Source of the DNA: Lama glama
Lineage: Eukaryota
Direction: 5' to 3'
Assembly: GCA_028534125.1 (NCBI GenBank)
Contig: CM052816.1
Location: 23,562,001-23,626,000 of the forward strand
Length of the DNA stretch: 64,000 nucleotides
Numbering within the stretch: position 1 is the first letter of the stretch; each line of letters starts with the position of its first letter. Shown piece after piece: positions 38,167 to 51,166 of the stretch. Both the position numbers and the translations under genes were made by a program. Below the pieces are notes generated by a model. The model saw nothing but the letters and a program-made list of their open reading frames with translations. It was not told the DNA's origin and did no database searches.

Positions 38167-41100
38167 GGTGGAGATCCATCATGATGGTGGAGTAGGACAT
38201 GGAGCTCATCACCTCCCACAAATACATCAAAGATACATCTACATGTGAGACAATTCTCTCTGAGAACTAACTGGAGACTGTCAGAAGGACTCTGGTGCAA
38301 CCAAGGCTGTAAGAAAGATACGTGTTTAACCAGGTAGGAAGGGAAGAAAAGTGATTGGGTTGGGACATGTGTCCCAGAGAGGGGACTCAGAGGAAAAGGG
38401 AGAATACACCAGCAGACATCCACCCTGGGGAGCGAGCAGTGAGAGCCACAGATGGGGCACCCCAGTCCTGGAGTTCTACAGAGGAGATGAGCCCCCTTGG
38501 CTGGTTGGAGGACTGCAGGACTACCAGAAGGACTGTAAGAAGCCTGGATTCCACTCATGAGGAGTACACATGTTGGCTCATCCCCTGGGCAGGGCAGAGA
38601 GAGGCCTGCTCTACGGGCTGCCACGTTGCCTGTGACCACCTTGGCACACACCCCAGCCCACGCTGAATGAACACTCTAGCCCTACTCACTCCATATCACA
38701 GCACAGAACTGGATATGGGGTGACTACAAGCAGAGAGAAGACTTGATTGTGGGACACAAAGGCAACCTAGTCCCAAGGCAGGGCCTAGGGTGGGACAGTG
38801 GCAGCCATTGTTGGCACTTACTCAAGCAACGCATTAGAAGCAGCTCAGATTTCTCACCGTGGCCACTCCACCACAGCTCACCTCCCGATACACGCCGAGA
38901 GCCCACATGGGCCCTGCTAGTCCTATGGTGTGGCTCCAGAACAGGGTGGTAGAAGGTGGGGCTGTGAGGGACAAAGGGGACTTGCACTCAAGGTCACATC
39001 TAAGCAGAGCAAGGGAAACAAATATGGGTGTCTAAAGAAGTAGAGCATCAAAAACAGTTCAGCCCTCTGGCTGTGTCGGACCTGAGCCAAAAGTCCACAT
39101 GGGCCCAAGGGAGGCTTCAGTATCCCCTTGCTCTGGGACAAGAGTCACAATCAGAGAAAGGGGAAAACACACACACTTAAAGGGAACAGAGCCATCTCAG
39201 GGTTTCTACTCTAGTAACTTGGAATCAGACCTCATACTGATAGGGCAGCAATGGCCACTGAGCAGAAGGGAAGTCCCATCTCAGGTCTAGCTCTAGCCCC
39301 TCCATCTCCAGCCCCTTTATGTACCAAAGAGCTGTCAGCACACCCTCAGAAAAGATGTGACTTGCGTCTATGTCAAATCCAGCCCTCCCATCAAAGGCAT
39401 TGGGCACACACAGTCTGTAGAGGAATGCGCCCACACAAGAACACCCCTTCAAGACCAACAGGTAACAGTTTCACCTAAATTCATAGAGGTAGAGAAGGAC
39501 AAGCACAATGAAAAGGGAGAAGAACCGCTCTCAATTGAAAGAGCAAGCAACAACCCCTAAAAAACAAATAATAAAATAGAAATGAACTAGTTACCAGATA
39601 AAGAGTTCTATGCATTGGTAATAAAAATGTTAACTAGATTAGGGAAAAGAACAGATATACACAGTGATAATTTTAACAGGAAACTGGAAAATATTTTTTA
39701 AAAGTCCCAGTTAGAAATAAAGAGTTCAACAGCTGAAATAAAAAAGAGGCTAGAAGTAATCAACAGCACACTGAGTGATACAGAAGAATGCCTAAGAAAT
39801 TTGGAAGATAGAATAATAAAAAAATCACACAATCAGAAAAGCAAAAAAAGAAGAACCAGTTTTAAAAAATGAAAACAGTCTAAGAGATCTCTGTGATAAC
39901 ATTAAATGTACCAACATTCACATTACAGGAATCTCAGAAGGAGAAAAGAAAGAGAAGGAGATTGAAAACATATTTAAGGAAACTGTGGCTGAGAATTTCC
40001 TGAACCTGAAGAAGGGAACAGATATCCATATACAGGAATCACAGACGGTCCCAAACAAGATGAACCTAAACAGACCCACATAAAGACATACCATAATGAA
40101 AATGGCAGAAGTTAAAGATACTGAGAGGACTCTAAAGGAAGAAAGAGAAAATCAAAGTCAGTTACAAGGGAACCCCATAAGGCTATTTGCTTACAAAAGC
40201 TTTGCAAGCCAGAAGGGAGACACATGGTGTATTCAAAGTGCTGAAAGGGAAGGCCTACAAGAGACCATATGCTATACAGCAAGACTATCATTTAGAACAA
40301 AAGGGAAGATAATAAGCTTCTCAGACAAAAACTAAAAGAGTTCACCAATAATAACCCTACCCTAACAGAAATGTTGAAGAGTCTTCTCTAAGTGGAAGAG
40401 AAATAAGAATCTATAGGAAATAGAAAATCTCACTAGGAAAGACAAATATTTAATAAAGACTGAGGATCAACCTCTTAGGTAAACCATTATGAAGATTAAA
40501 AGACAAAAATTATAAAAGCAACTGTAACTACAAATAAATACTTAAGTGATAAGCTTGAAGATATAAAAGATGACATCAAACACAAAATGTGGGGGAAGGG
40601 AGTAAAAAACATATGTCTTCTAGAATGTGTTAGAACATAAATGACCACCAGTTTAAAATAAGCATAGTTTTAAGTCAACATACATGAACCCCATGATAAC
40701 TACAAATCAGAAAACTACAAAAGATACACAGAACTAAAAAGAAAGTAACACAAGCATACTACTAAATAAAACTATCAGGAAAGAAACAGAAAGAAATTAA
40801 CAGAGAAGAACTACAAAAACAACCAAAAAAAAAGTAATAGACTGCAATAAATACATACCTATTAATAATTACTTTAAATAGCAATGGACTGAGTGCTCCA
40901 ATCAAAACACTGGATTAGAAAACAAGACTGTTATATATTGCCTGTAAGAGACTCACTTCAGAGCTAAACACACACACAGTCTGAAAGCAAGGGGATGGAA
41001 AAGGTATTTCATGCAAACACCAAAGACAAAAAAGTGAGGACAGCAATACTCATTTCAGACAAAATAGACTTTAAAACAAAAGTGGTAACAAAAATCAAAG

Positions 41101-42622
41101 AAGGGAATTATATAATGATAAAAGGATCAATACAAGAACAGGATATTACATTCGTTAACATATATGCACCCAATACGGGAGCATCTAACTATATAAGGGA
41201 AATACTAAGAGGCATACAGGGAGGAACTCACAGTAATATAATAACAGTAGGAGACTTTAACGCCCCTCCTACATCAATGCACAGATCAACCAGATAGAAA
41301 AATCAATAAAGCAACAGTGGTCTTAAACAATACAACAGACCAATTAGACTCACTAGATATTTACAGGACATTCCACCCCAAAACAATGTAATACACATTC
41401 TTTTCAAGTGTACATGGAATGTTCACCAGGATAGGTAACATGCTGGGCCACAAAGAAGGTCTCAACAAAATTAAGAGGATAGAAATTATAATAAACATTT
41501 TTTCTGACTTTGATGGTATAAAACTAGAAATCAATTAAAGAAAAATGGGGAAAGAACAACATGTGGAGACTAAACAACATGCTAGTAGAAAACCAAAGGG
41601 ACAACGAATAAATCAAAGAGGAAATCAGAAAACACCTGAAGACAAAAGAAAACAGAAACATAACACTCTAAAATCTATGGGGGTTGTAGCAGGAGACGTT
41701 TTAAGACTGAAGTTTATAGCAATACAAGCCTTCCACAAGAAATAAGAAAAATCTCAAGTAAACAAGTTAATCTACCCAGAGGAATTAGAAAATGAAGAAT
41801 AAACAAACCAAAAATCAGCAGGAGAAAGAAAACAATAATGATCAAAAGATCAGAGAAGAAATAAAAGAGATTTAAAATAAAATAGGAAAGATCAATGAAC
41901 AAAGGGTTGTTTTTCTGTAAAGATAAATAAAATTGGTAGCCAGATTCACCAAGAAGAGGACTCAAATAAAGAAAATGAGACACAAAAGAGGTGAATAACA
42001 ACTGATACACAGAGATACAAAAATTTATAAGAGAATGCTAAGAACAGTTATATGCCAACAAATTGGAAAATGTAGAAGAAATGGACACATTTCTAGAAAC
42101 ATACACCTGCTAAGACTGAGTGAAGAAGTAACAGACAATTTGAACACATTGATAACTACTAGTGAAGTTGAATTTGTAATTAAAAACAAATTACCAGGAA
42201 ACAAAAGTCCGGGACAGTACAACTTCAAAAGGGAATTCAACCAAACAACCATTTAATGAAGAGCCAGTACCCATCCTTCTCAAACAATTTCAAAAAACTA
42301 AAGAGGACAGAACACTTTTAAATTCATTCTGTGGGGCCACCATTATCCTGATACCAAAACCAGACAAAGAACTACAAAAAGAAAATGATAAACCCATATC
42401 TCTGATGAATATAGATGCAAAAATCCTCAAATATAAATATTAGCAATTTGAGTCCAACAATATATAAAAAGGATCACACACCATGATCAAGTCAGATTTA
42501 CTCCAGCCAAGGAAGGTTCAACATTGTGAAATCGATGTGATATACCACATTAACAGAAGGATAAAAGCCATATGATCACTTCAATAGATGCAGAAAAAGT
42601 GTTTAATAAAATTTAACATCCA
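38167..42622 (+). mobile_element. L1 element: 5'UTR, degenerate ORF1 (~39508-40391), spacer, degenerate ORF2 (~40840 onward), truncated at 3' inside RT
   Basis: The 5' end gatggtggagtaggacatggagctcatcacctcccacaaatacatcaaagatacatctacatgtg matches laurasiatherian L1 5'UTRs. ORF 40995-41297 is L1 endonuclease (AILISDKIDFK...YIMIKGSIQ...NIYAPN...VGDFN). ORF 40096-40335 is ORF1-like. Similarity stops after gatgcagaaaaagtgtttaataaaatttaacatcca. Confidence 0.95.
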
Positions 42623-45084
42623 CTCGGCCCCGATAAGCACTCACCCTCCTTTTCATAAAAGTTCTACAGATGGAAAGTATACAGAGTGTGGGTACATTCA
42701 GTCCATTCATTACTCCTGTTTACTCTATTAGCACAGCACATTCCTGAACTAAATCCCTCTTTAACTGATGTTGCAGAAAAACTGTGACATAAAATGATCA
42801 ATGTTGTGCCACTAAAGTCTAACAATGAAAAATGAAGTGCTTATTTTGGATTCAATAGCGAACATACTGGAAAAGATTTAAGATATTGATAAAAATCATT
42901 TTTCGTCTTTCCACTTCTTTTTTTTGTTTAAACAGGCTGATCCTCTCCTATAAAACACATGATCCACCAGAGTCTGTATCACGTGTCAACCATAAAACAA
43001 AGGAACTTGTTGATGTTTGGGTGGTAGATAATCTTTAAATGACATCTCTGCTAGTGGTGACATAAACCTTGAAATATGTGAAATTTGTTTATTTTTCTAG
43101 GTTTTCTGTGGTTATAATTTTTAAAAAGGAGTTTTAAAAAAATACATTCAGCATGACTACAAAAATTTAATTCCGTCAGTAGTAGGCTATGGAGTTTTAT
43201 GCCCTTGACACAGCAAACAGTGCTAAAATATTCCAAAATTTTAAATAAATGATTAAAAAAATTTATGGCATATCTTTTAGTGAACCAAATAATTCTTTGA
43301 CTATAAGCAACCATCTCATAATGTATATAATTTCGATGTTCATATTTTTATATTATATACATACTAAAGACATGTTGTTTGCTATGAACTATTCAAGGTT
43401 TATGGAATTATAAAGAAAGAATTTAACATGTTTATGTTTAGTTATGTTTAGTGACAAACATTTTACTGCATATTTTCTTAGCTGTGATATGGTGAAAACA
43501 CAACTCAATATGTTTGTCATGACAATATTTTCTTCCAAGTGTATACATGGACCTTAAATCTACCACTTCTTTCCATGGAAAACATTTAAAAAAATATATT
43601 GATTAAATCTAGCTTTCAGCCTTTTGGCAGGAATGTGACTAAATTATCTCTAAATTATCTTGTGTCATCTTATCTTTTAAGACACCGAGAATATTGATTT
43701 CACTTTCCTTGATATATTCTTCTAAAATTTAAAATTCTCAGAGCCATGAAAATGATACCAGGCAAGATGCTTTAAACCAATCATCTCTCCTTAGATGTCG
43801 GTTACTTCGATGACGAAGAGCTTCCCAACCATGCCTGCAAATCATCGGAGAGTCAAAGGAATTTTAATCAAATTGATTTATCTCTGGAAAACAAATAGCT
43901 TAAATCAGTGGTTGCCCCTCCACATTTCAGTAAAACACTAAGATTCAGGTCTCATTTGAGAGTTGTGACAGAAACACAAGTCAGACTAGCTCAATCAAAT
44001 GTGGAGTCTCCATAAAGCTGAAGGAAAATCTGCTCCAGGAACTAAAGAGCTAACAGGAACCTGGCTGGTACAGGTAGGCAGGACTCCTTGCCCATTTCTT
44101 ATCTGTTTCTTTTGCACATGGACTTTATGCTCTCCTACCATATGCTGGTTTTTTCCCACATCATCAGAGACGTGCCACCAGAATCTCTGGGTTTACGTCT
44201 GCATTATGGAAGTAATGCATGAAGACAGCAAAACAACACATAGAATGGAAAGGAAAAGGCTTCCTCTCAAGTTATAAGGGAGGTAGGCAGGCAATTTTAT
44301 CAGAATTAAATAACAAAGGTCTCAAAACTGTAAATGATCACCAAGTGCCTAGCTTAATGAATGGAAGAAAAAATTACATAATTTTACTCAATGAATAATA
44401 AAGATCTAAATCTCCTAGGGCATTGAGGGGGCAAGGAGAGAGACATACATAAAGCAAATTGGAATCAGAAATGCTTTTGGCTTCTCAACTAAACAATGAG
44501 TACTAGAAGGCAATACACAGCCCCAAGCCTAAAATCCTATATCCAGCCACATTATCGTTCATGACAGAAGACAGAATGAAAATAGTATTCAGTCAAGCAA
44601 GGATTCAAAAATATTCTCTTCCATGCTCTCTTAAGCATCTACCAGAAAATGTTTTTAAATCAAGCGAGGGACTAAAACAAGAAAAAGAAAGGCATAGATC
44701 TACAAAACATCTAATCCAATACTCACTCCTTGGTTTGCACAGTTACATATTTAAGTGATTGGAAATTGATTTAGTGCATCACCACATCTGGAAGAACAGG
44801 AGAAAGGAGAGCAGGAAATACACTAGTTCCCACATGTGGAAGACAATGAATTCTGCACACTTATGCTACCTTCCAATTCTTCCACTCCCTCTCCTCTCAA
44901 ATTAGTTTTTCATATTTGTTCATATATTTTTTAAAGCTTTATTCAATCTCTACTATGTTCTAGCCACTTAAGACACACAAATGAACAAAATAAATACCAC
45001 TCGCATTGTGTTTACATGCTAAAATAACGAGACAAAAAATTAATATTGAATGTAAGTAAATAATATACTATTATTAGAAAATGA

Positions 45085-45560
45085 TAAGGCTGTGTCCTTG
45101 TCAGGCCATGGATGCTACCACTGCTTCATCACCATTATCAGTGGGCAGAGTCATCAAGACATACTCCAGAGATTCTCCTGGCTTTCAAAAACATGCTTCT
45201 TTGCACTTGTTTAAAGCATCAAACATGGTTTCTCATGGTGACCAGAGTTGCCAATTTGCTAACTCCTTTCTTGGCCTAATGGTCCATTGGTATGATGAGT
45301 TGCATATATGTCTACCACCTGGACACTTTCAGGTTTAGAAGAACCCTCACTATGTCCTCTGATAGAAGCGTTCCTCTGGGAAGCCAGAAACGTCTATGGT
45401 TGCAGGCACAGAAATGGCAATTCTGCAAGTCGTTCCCCTCCAGGTGATGGTGAGGCGCCAATCTTGGTTCTACCCCTTTATTTCCAAAGCACTGCATTCT
45501 TGTTAAAGGGAAAACATCACTATATATTGGCAACCGGTTCAGAAAATTAAGAGTTTTATC
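45085..45560 (-). mobile_element. ERV-L/MaLR internal fragment (integrase 3'/dUTPase-like region)
   Basis: Antisense segments cctctgggaagccagaaacgtct...gcaggcacagaaatggcaattctgcaagtcgttcccctccaggtgatggtgagg resemble ERV-L pol 3' DNA and the region at 18250-18360. Confidence 0.55.
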
Positions 45561-45643
45561 TTCCTGCAGCTATTCATGCCAATGGAGAATTTTTTCCTAA
45601 GTAATATAAATAATTCATATAGATTTCTAGAAACCATACTAAC

Positions 45644-45852
45644 TTGGGATTTGCAGATACTAACTACTACATATGAAATAGATAAACAAAGTCATACTGT
45701 ATAGCACAGGGAACTACATTCAGTATCTTGTAATAGCCTACAATGGAAAAGAATATGAAAAGGAATACACACATGTGTATAACTGAATCACTATGCTGTA
45801 CACCAGAAACTAAAACACATTGTAAATCGACTGTACTTCAATTAAAAAAAAA
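45644..45852 (+). mobile_element. Cetartiodactyl-type L1 3' end
   Basis: ttgggatttgcagatactaactact...ctgtatagcacagggaactacattcagtatcttgtaata...ctgaatcactatgctgtacaccagaaact...acttcaattaaaaaaaa. Confidence 0.9.
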
Positions 45853-45964
45853 TACAACTCAGAAAAATAGAAGAGTATGTAATGGGAAATACGACCTGAA
45901 ATGCTAAACTACCCAATTCTCTGTTTCTTTAATTTATGTCTCTATTTAAGGTTTTAAAACAGAT

Positions 45965-46150
45965 CAGGGTGGGCAAACCACAATCTACTGGGAAAATCTG
46001 GCCCACAGCATTCATCACTTACTGTGCATGACTGTTCTTGGACTCCAACAGCAGTGTATCGTTGTGACAGAGACCACCTATTCCATCCAAAAAGCCTAAA
46101 ATGCTTACTGTTTGTTTGTTTGTTTTACAGAAAAAGGTTGCCAATCTCTA
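45965..46150. mobile_element. MER58A-like hAT-Charlie MITE
   Basis: cagggtgggcaaac...aaatctggccca...gttgtgacagagacc...aaagcctaaaatgcttact...tttacagaaaaaggttgccaatc. Confidence 0.8.
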
Positions 46151-47439
46151 ACAAACGCCATGATGGATGATGTAGATGACCTTGTTCAAGCTCACATCAC
46201 AAATAGTTAAACCAACAGAAACAGGAAGCAGGCACTGCTGAGTAAATCTGAATTCACGGAAAGAAAGCCTATATTAAAAACATTCAGAAGTCTGTGTGGA
46301 TCGACAGACATCTTCCTAAAGATGACCCGAACATGAAGTGAGTTCTTCTCTAACACTAACATCTATAATTACGAATATTATAGATGTCTTCAACAGACTG
46401 AGAACTAACCCAAAACATCGCTTTACAATCCTGAATACTGCATACGAAACTATGAATAAATGGCCGATTTTATATAAAATTTCCAAAGCATACTAACAAA
46501 AGCTCTAGATGACAGCTTTCCTTTTCAGGATTGCCACAAGCAAACTAGGTAACCTCAGATTAAAAAAATCTACTGCGTAGGCTTCAAGGCTTCAAACTTC
46601 TCCATTCCCAGCCAGAGTTCTGTGCTTTAACCTAAGACAGGAGACAAGCAGTGTAAAAGTTTCAGCAGTCCAACAATAAAGCACGGAAGCTGACCACACA
46701 GACTGCTTTGCTACAGCAGAACCGGATTAATTTACGGCAAGTGCTTATCCCCACTGTCATCAATCATGTGTTGAAACTTACTGGTAAATTTCCATTTTGT
46801 GAAGAATAAATAAAAATGCTGAAGCACCCCTGTCATTTTGATTTTCCTGGCTGAACTTGACTTCTAGTGATGTTTTTGTAGGGGGTGAGTTTTCCTTCTT
46901 GTCGGTGTCATTTGGTTGTCAATCTTTTGGAAATTCTGAGCCCCAGTTTGATTTCTATCTGCATAATCTCACTGGTTTTAATCTCATTTTCTCAAAGTGC
47001 TTTTCCTAAACACATGCCCCTACTGAGTTCAAAGCACAGTTGCTCTTGGCATTGTTTCTTAAGTCTTTTCCTACCACCCTTAGCACTTCATTCCCTCTTC
47101 TTTGTGCTACACCCCCTCCCTTGCCCACGTAAACACCACAGGGAGTAGACAGCAGCTGTAAAGGGAAGAAGTTATTGCTGAACAATTCAAAACCCACACT
47201 GAAGACCAAGTGTAGAAGATGCTCTGGTTTTTATTCAGAAACTGACCAGTGAACAGACTGATTCACTGATAAACTTGCAAGCTTGGATTGTTTGGAGAAT
47301 GCTGCCTTCCGTGCATGGCAGAGAGTGCAGTGTTTTAAGGAGGAATTTAGCCCAGCCCATTTCCACCTTACAGCCTCAGGAAGGGCTTTGCCTGCTGCCG
47401 TCCAGGTCAATCACACTGCTAGGATTCCCCGAGCACTAT

Positions 47440-47820
47440 GACCTACTATGACCTTCCCCCTTCCTTCAAGCGCCCACCATTCTTACCCTCTGCACACACC
47501 ATCCTTCTCTTCACCCATCTAAACCCTACCTGTTCCTCAAACCTCAGCTGGCATAACTCTCTGACCCCTGCAGTCAGGACCTTTTCTCCCTGCAAGTCCT
47601 GCGTCAGAGGAAGTCCTATCCCTTTCGCTCCCCAGTCACCACGTGTGCTGCCTTACAACCTTGGCTCTCCGGTTCTCTATGTTGTCCCATCTACTCCAAC
47701 TGGATTAAAAGTTCTTGGAAAGCTAGGTACGTTACCTTTTATTCCCTTTCACTCTTCTGTTGTAGCTCACATAGTTTGCTGTCCACACTCTACGCTCAGT
47801 AAGTGATAGCTGATTAATTC
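47440..47820 (+). mobile_element. L2 3' remnant
   Basis: Pyrimidine-rich L2 body ending tggattaaaagttcttggaaagctagg...acgctcagtaagtgatagctgattaa. Confidence 0.5.
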
Positions 47821-48719
47821 CAACGGGTAAATTGATCCCATAATGAGTACACACCTCTGATCTTGTCTGTTTGCAGGTAAAGGAAATGGATGTAAGCAAC
47901 TTCCTTCGTTTTTTGACACTAGGGTTGAATACAAGTATTCTATAATATCTCCCAAGAGACTAGGACGCAATCTTTGCTCCTCTAAATACTACACGTGGAA
48001 ACTGAATGAATGTTGCATACAAAATTTTTTAAAGCGTACTTACTCAAAATGCTAAAACAATGGTTATTAGAACAAAGGAAATAACAGCCTGTCTTCGCAT
48101 TATGTACTGTTAAGATAAAAATATGCTGATAGCAGTATTCAAGATTTTCGCCAAAAGGCTAAAGGAAGGAAGTTCTGAAAACTCAGCCTGTAGTATTCCC
48201 AATAACATGCTTCGTTTTCAATAAAAGATAGAATATAGCTCCTACCAAGCATATGGAATTATAGCCCCAAACAAACAAGAGCACATGGAACTTAAGGAAA
48301 CAGTGAGGTGGGGAGGTATATAAAAATCGCACTTTATGTGGGCCAAATCTTTTAGGAAGAAGGGACGAAAATATGCTGACAGGAAGTCTGAAAAAGAAGA
48401 TTTAAAAATTATGTTTTAGAAAAAGGAGATTGAGGATATTTTTTGGTATTATTTTGGTGGAGAAAACAGAGCATTCTCAAAAGCCATAAACATGTCAATC
48501 ATGTTTGGTGACTAAATACAAATCTCCTAGAGAAATAAGATATAAAATTTTCAGCATATAGATGTTTAAGAAATTTTTATTTATGGTATAGAATATTCAA
48601 AGCAACATAAATATTTTAGGAATGATAGATTTGGGTGTTTAGTGTAACAGAATATTATGATGTGTTTATTTTTAAGACTAGCATGAGGAAGTCTTTATGG
48701 CAACAGAGCAGCCCAGCCT

Positions 48720-48900
48720 CCGTGTCAGCCGTGTGTCAGGTACCCTTCAGGCAAGGTCTCATTTCATCTTCAGATTTCCACCTTGGGAGGCAGAAATCAT
48801 TACCCACTTTTCTCAAGAAACTAGCACCAGAAGTATTACTCAACCTGCCCAAGATAACAAAGCTACTAAAGGCCCAAACCGGAAAACTCTATACCAGGCT
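48720..48900 (-). mobile_element. MIR SINE
   Basis: tctcatttcatcttc...ccttgggaggcagaaatcattacccacttttctcaagaaact...caacctgcccaagataacaaagcta. Confidence 0.6.
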
Positions 48901-50379
48901 TCATTACCTGTTTACTCTGTACTGTTAAGTGAGGGGGGAGGGGCGGATATAAAGTTGTATATTCATTATATTCTTAACTGTAAAAATACATTGAATTAGA
49001 TTGGAAAGAAATATAGCAACATCTAAACAGAAATTCCGAAACAGTAGGAGGGTAGGGCTATTTTATTTCCTTTTTTGCACATTTCTGTCATTACTAACAT
49101 AACCATTTTCATGATGTGGAAACCTCAGGTGAGAAAAAAGTCCATGAGAAACGTCAGGGCACTGGCTGTTGTCACTGCGGATCTGCTCAGTGCTCCCTCT
49201 TGTTGCTGCAACTCCTGACTCCGTTTTACCCTCTTCCCTGCTCCTACTCCCCACCCGTCTTCGTAGACAGCTAGTCTAGTGTGTTGATGGTGTGCCTTAG
49301 TTTTGGTGTGCTCTTCTAAAAACTGGCATTGTTCAATGTAATAAATGCTACTGGGTCATGTATTTCTTACTCTTCTTCCTCTCTCCCTCGAGGATCATGC
49401 TTTAAGGTGGACCCGTAGTGCCCTATGTATATATATTCTACTGTTTCTAACTGCTCCACAATGCCCCGTCACTTACAAACACGCATCACAGCACCACAGC
49501 AAACATCCTCTCACGTGTTCTGCTAAGAGCCCTGGAGACAGTGTCTTTGGGATATTTGCTGAAAAAGTGGTCCCAGCTTTCACTCAGAATGGCTGCCTGC
49601 TCTGTCTACCCCTCTCCCAGAGTATTCAGCTCCAGTACTCTACAACCACAAATTCCTTTTTCTGTTTTCTGATGTGAGCAGGTGTTATTTGATAATAAGA
49701 AACATCAGCTTCAAGATAAGGGTATCATGACACTGAGGGCTTTAATAATTTAAACTCATCTTGAATTTAAACATTTCAAAAAATTTAAATAAGTGAAAAA
49801 GAGCTACACTTGGTCTTTTGTAAATCTGGGAGAAATAAAAAATGGATTCTCAAATTCTTACCAAAGGAACAAGTTACAGTGCTACGAGAATAGTATGGCT
49901 TTCTACTTACACTCTCTCTATACTCAATAATATGTCATTGTTTGCAACAATAGACAGCTGGCACTTTAAAACTATTATGAATCAATACTATAAGACACTC
50001 AATGAGGAGTCCACAGGGACAAACAGCACACCACCTCAGTACACCGATTCCTGCGACATCCATGGACCTCTAGCATGCATTCTAGGTGAACATGAACTAT
50101 AGGAAAAGAAAAGCACTGGGAAAAACTCATGCTCTCAGATTTCCACTCTGTAATATCCAAAATGCTTTATTTCCCTTTGTTGCACCAGCTGGTGACTCAG
50201 TCATCCACACGGTAGCTTATACTAATATGGATGGGTAACTGAGCCCCAGATTATAGTAACTGGAAGGGCATGAAGTTTTGATCAAGTGAAGGAAGAGGAG
50301 ACTGCAGGAAAAGTGGTTCTAAAGCTTATGTTACTTTAGAGGAAAGTGTTTTTTTACTTCAGTTAAATATATCAGTGGC

Positions 50380-51166
50380 CATTTACTTACACAAAGCTAG
50401 AATCCTAATAATCATCTTAGAAACCTTTTCCTTCCATCCCTCATTCACATCCAGTCCACCACCACGAATGGTAGATTTTATCTCCTAAATCTTTCAGATC
50501 CCTCCACATCTCCCGCATTTGTCTACCATCATCTCCCTCCCAACCCCCAATCCAAGGCACCATCAACTTTTTGCCTGAACTTGTCCAAGAGGTTACTGGC
50601 TCCAGTTCTGGAGATGATGCCAGTTGTGTTTGGTTTGTTTTTGGTTTTGTGTCCCCCACAACACAGAGTCATTTTTTCAATAGGCAGAGCAGCACATGTC
50701 ACCCAAGGAACTTCCGTGATCTTCCTTTGTTTCAAGATAAACTAAGTACACTATGCAACATGGAATAAAAGGCTTCCCAGCCTTTCCCCAGGTTCACATG
50801 GCACTGCGAAGTAGCCCCCACACTGACCCTCTTTCCTGCCCCCCTGCTCCCAGGCATTCTGAGTCCCTGATAAGTGAGTGGACACTTGCCTGGGTCTTCA
50901 AACATACTCTTCTCCCCACCTCAAACACACCTCCATCTCTCTTCCCTCCAATTCGTCCCCTGCTTTCTTCAGTTCACAGCCCAAGCGTTATGTCCTCATG
51001 GACAGCTTCCTTGCCTGTTCTCCCACATTCCTGATACTTCAACAGCTCACGGAGTCTCCACAGCACTTGCTGAGCTGGAATTTTACATGTGCTTGTGTTG
51101 TTTCCCCTGTGAGACTATTACTATGTGAGGTCAAGGCTCTTACCTATTAACTATTTTATTTCTAAT
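50380..51166 (+). mobile_element. L2 LINE fragment; its tail continues after the LTR at ~51728-51840
   Basis: aagctagaatcctaataatcatcttaga...cacatccagtccacc...gattttatctcctaaatc...ccaaggcaccatc, then tgtgaggtcaaggctctt, and finally agtaagtgagtgaa beyond the LTR. Confidence 0.75.

Noticed and set aside
38130..38651. 173-aa minus-strand ORF and overlapping ORFs
   Set aside because: They lie in the GC-richer L1 5'UTR, start at a non-ATG codon and show no recognisable protein similarity.
40995..41297. Functional L1 endonuclease or active L1
   Set aside because: Only a 100-codon stretch is open. ORF1 and ORF2 carry many stops and frameshifts, and the RT catalytic region is missing.
7178..42622. 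Idea that the L1 pieces at 38167-42622 and 7178-8637 are two halves of one rearranged element
   Set aside because: They overlap in L1 coordinates and differ there (gatcaagtgggatttatccc versus gatcaagtcagatttactcc), so they are separate copies.
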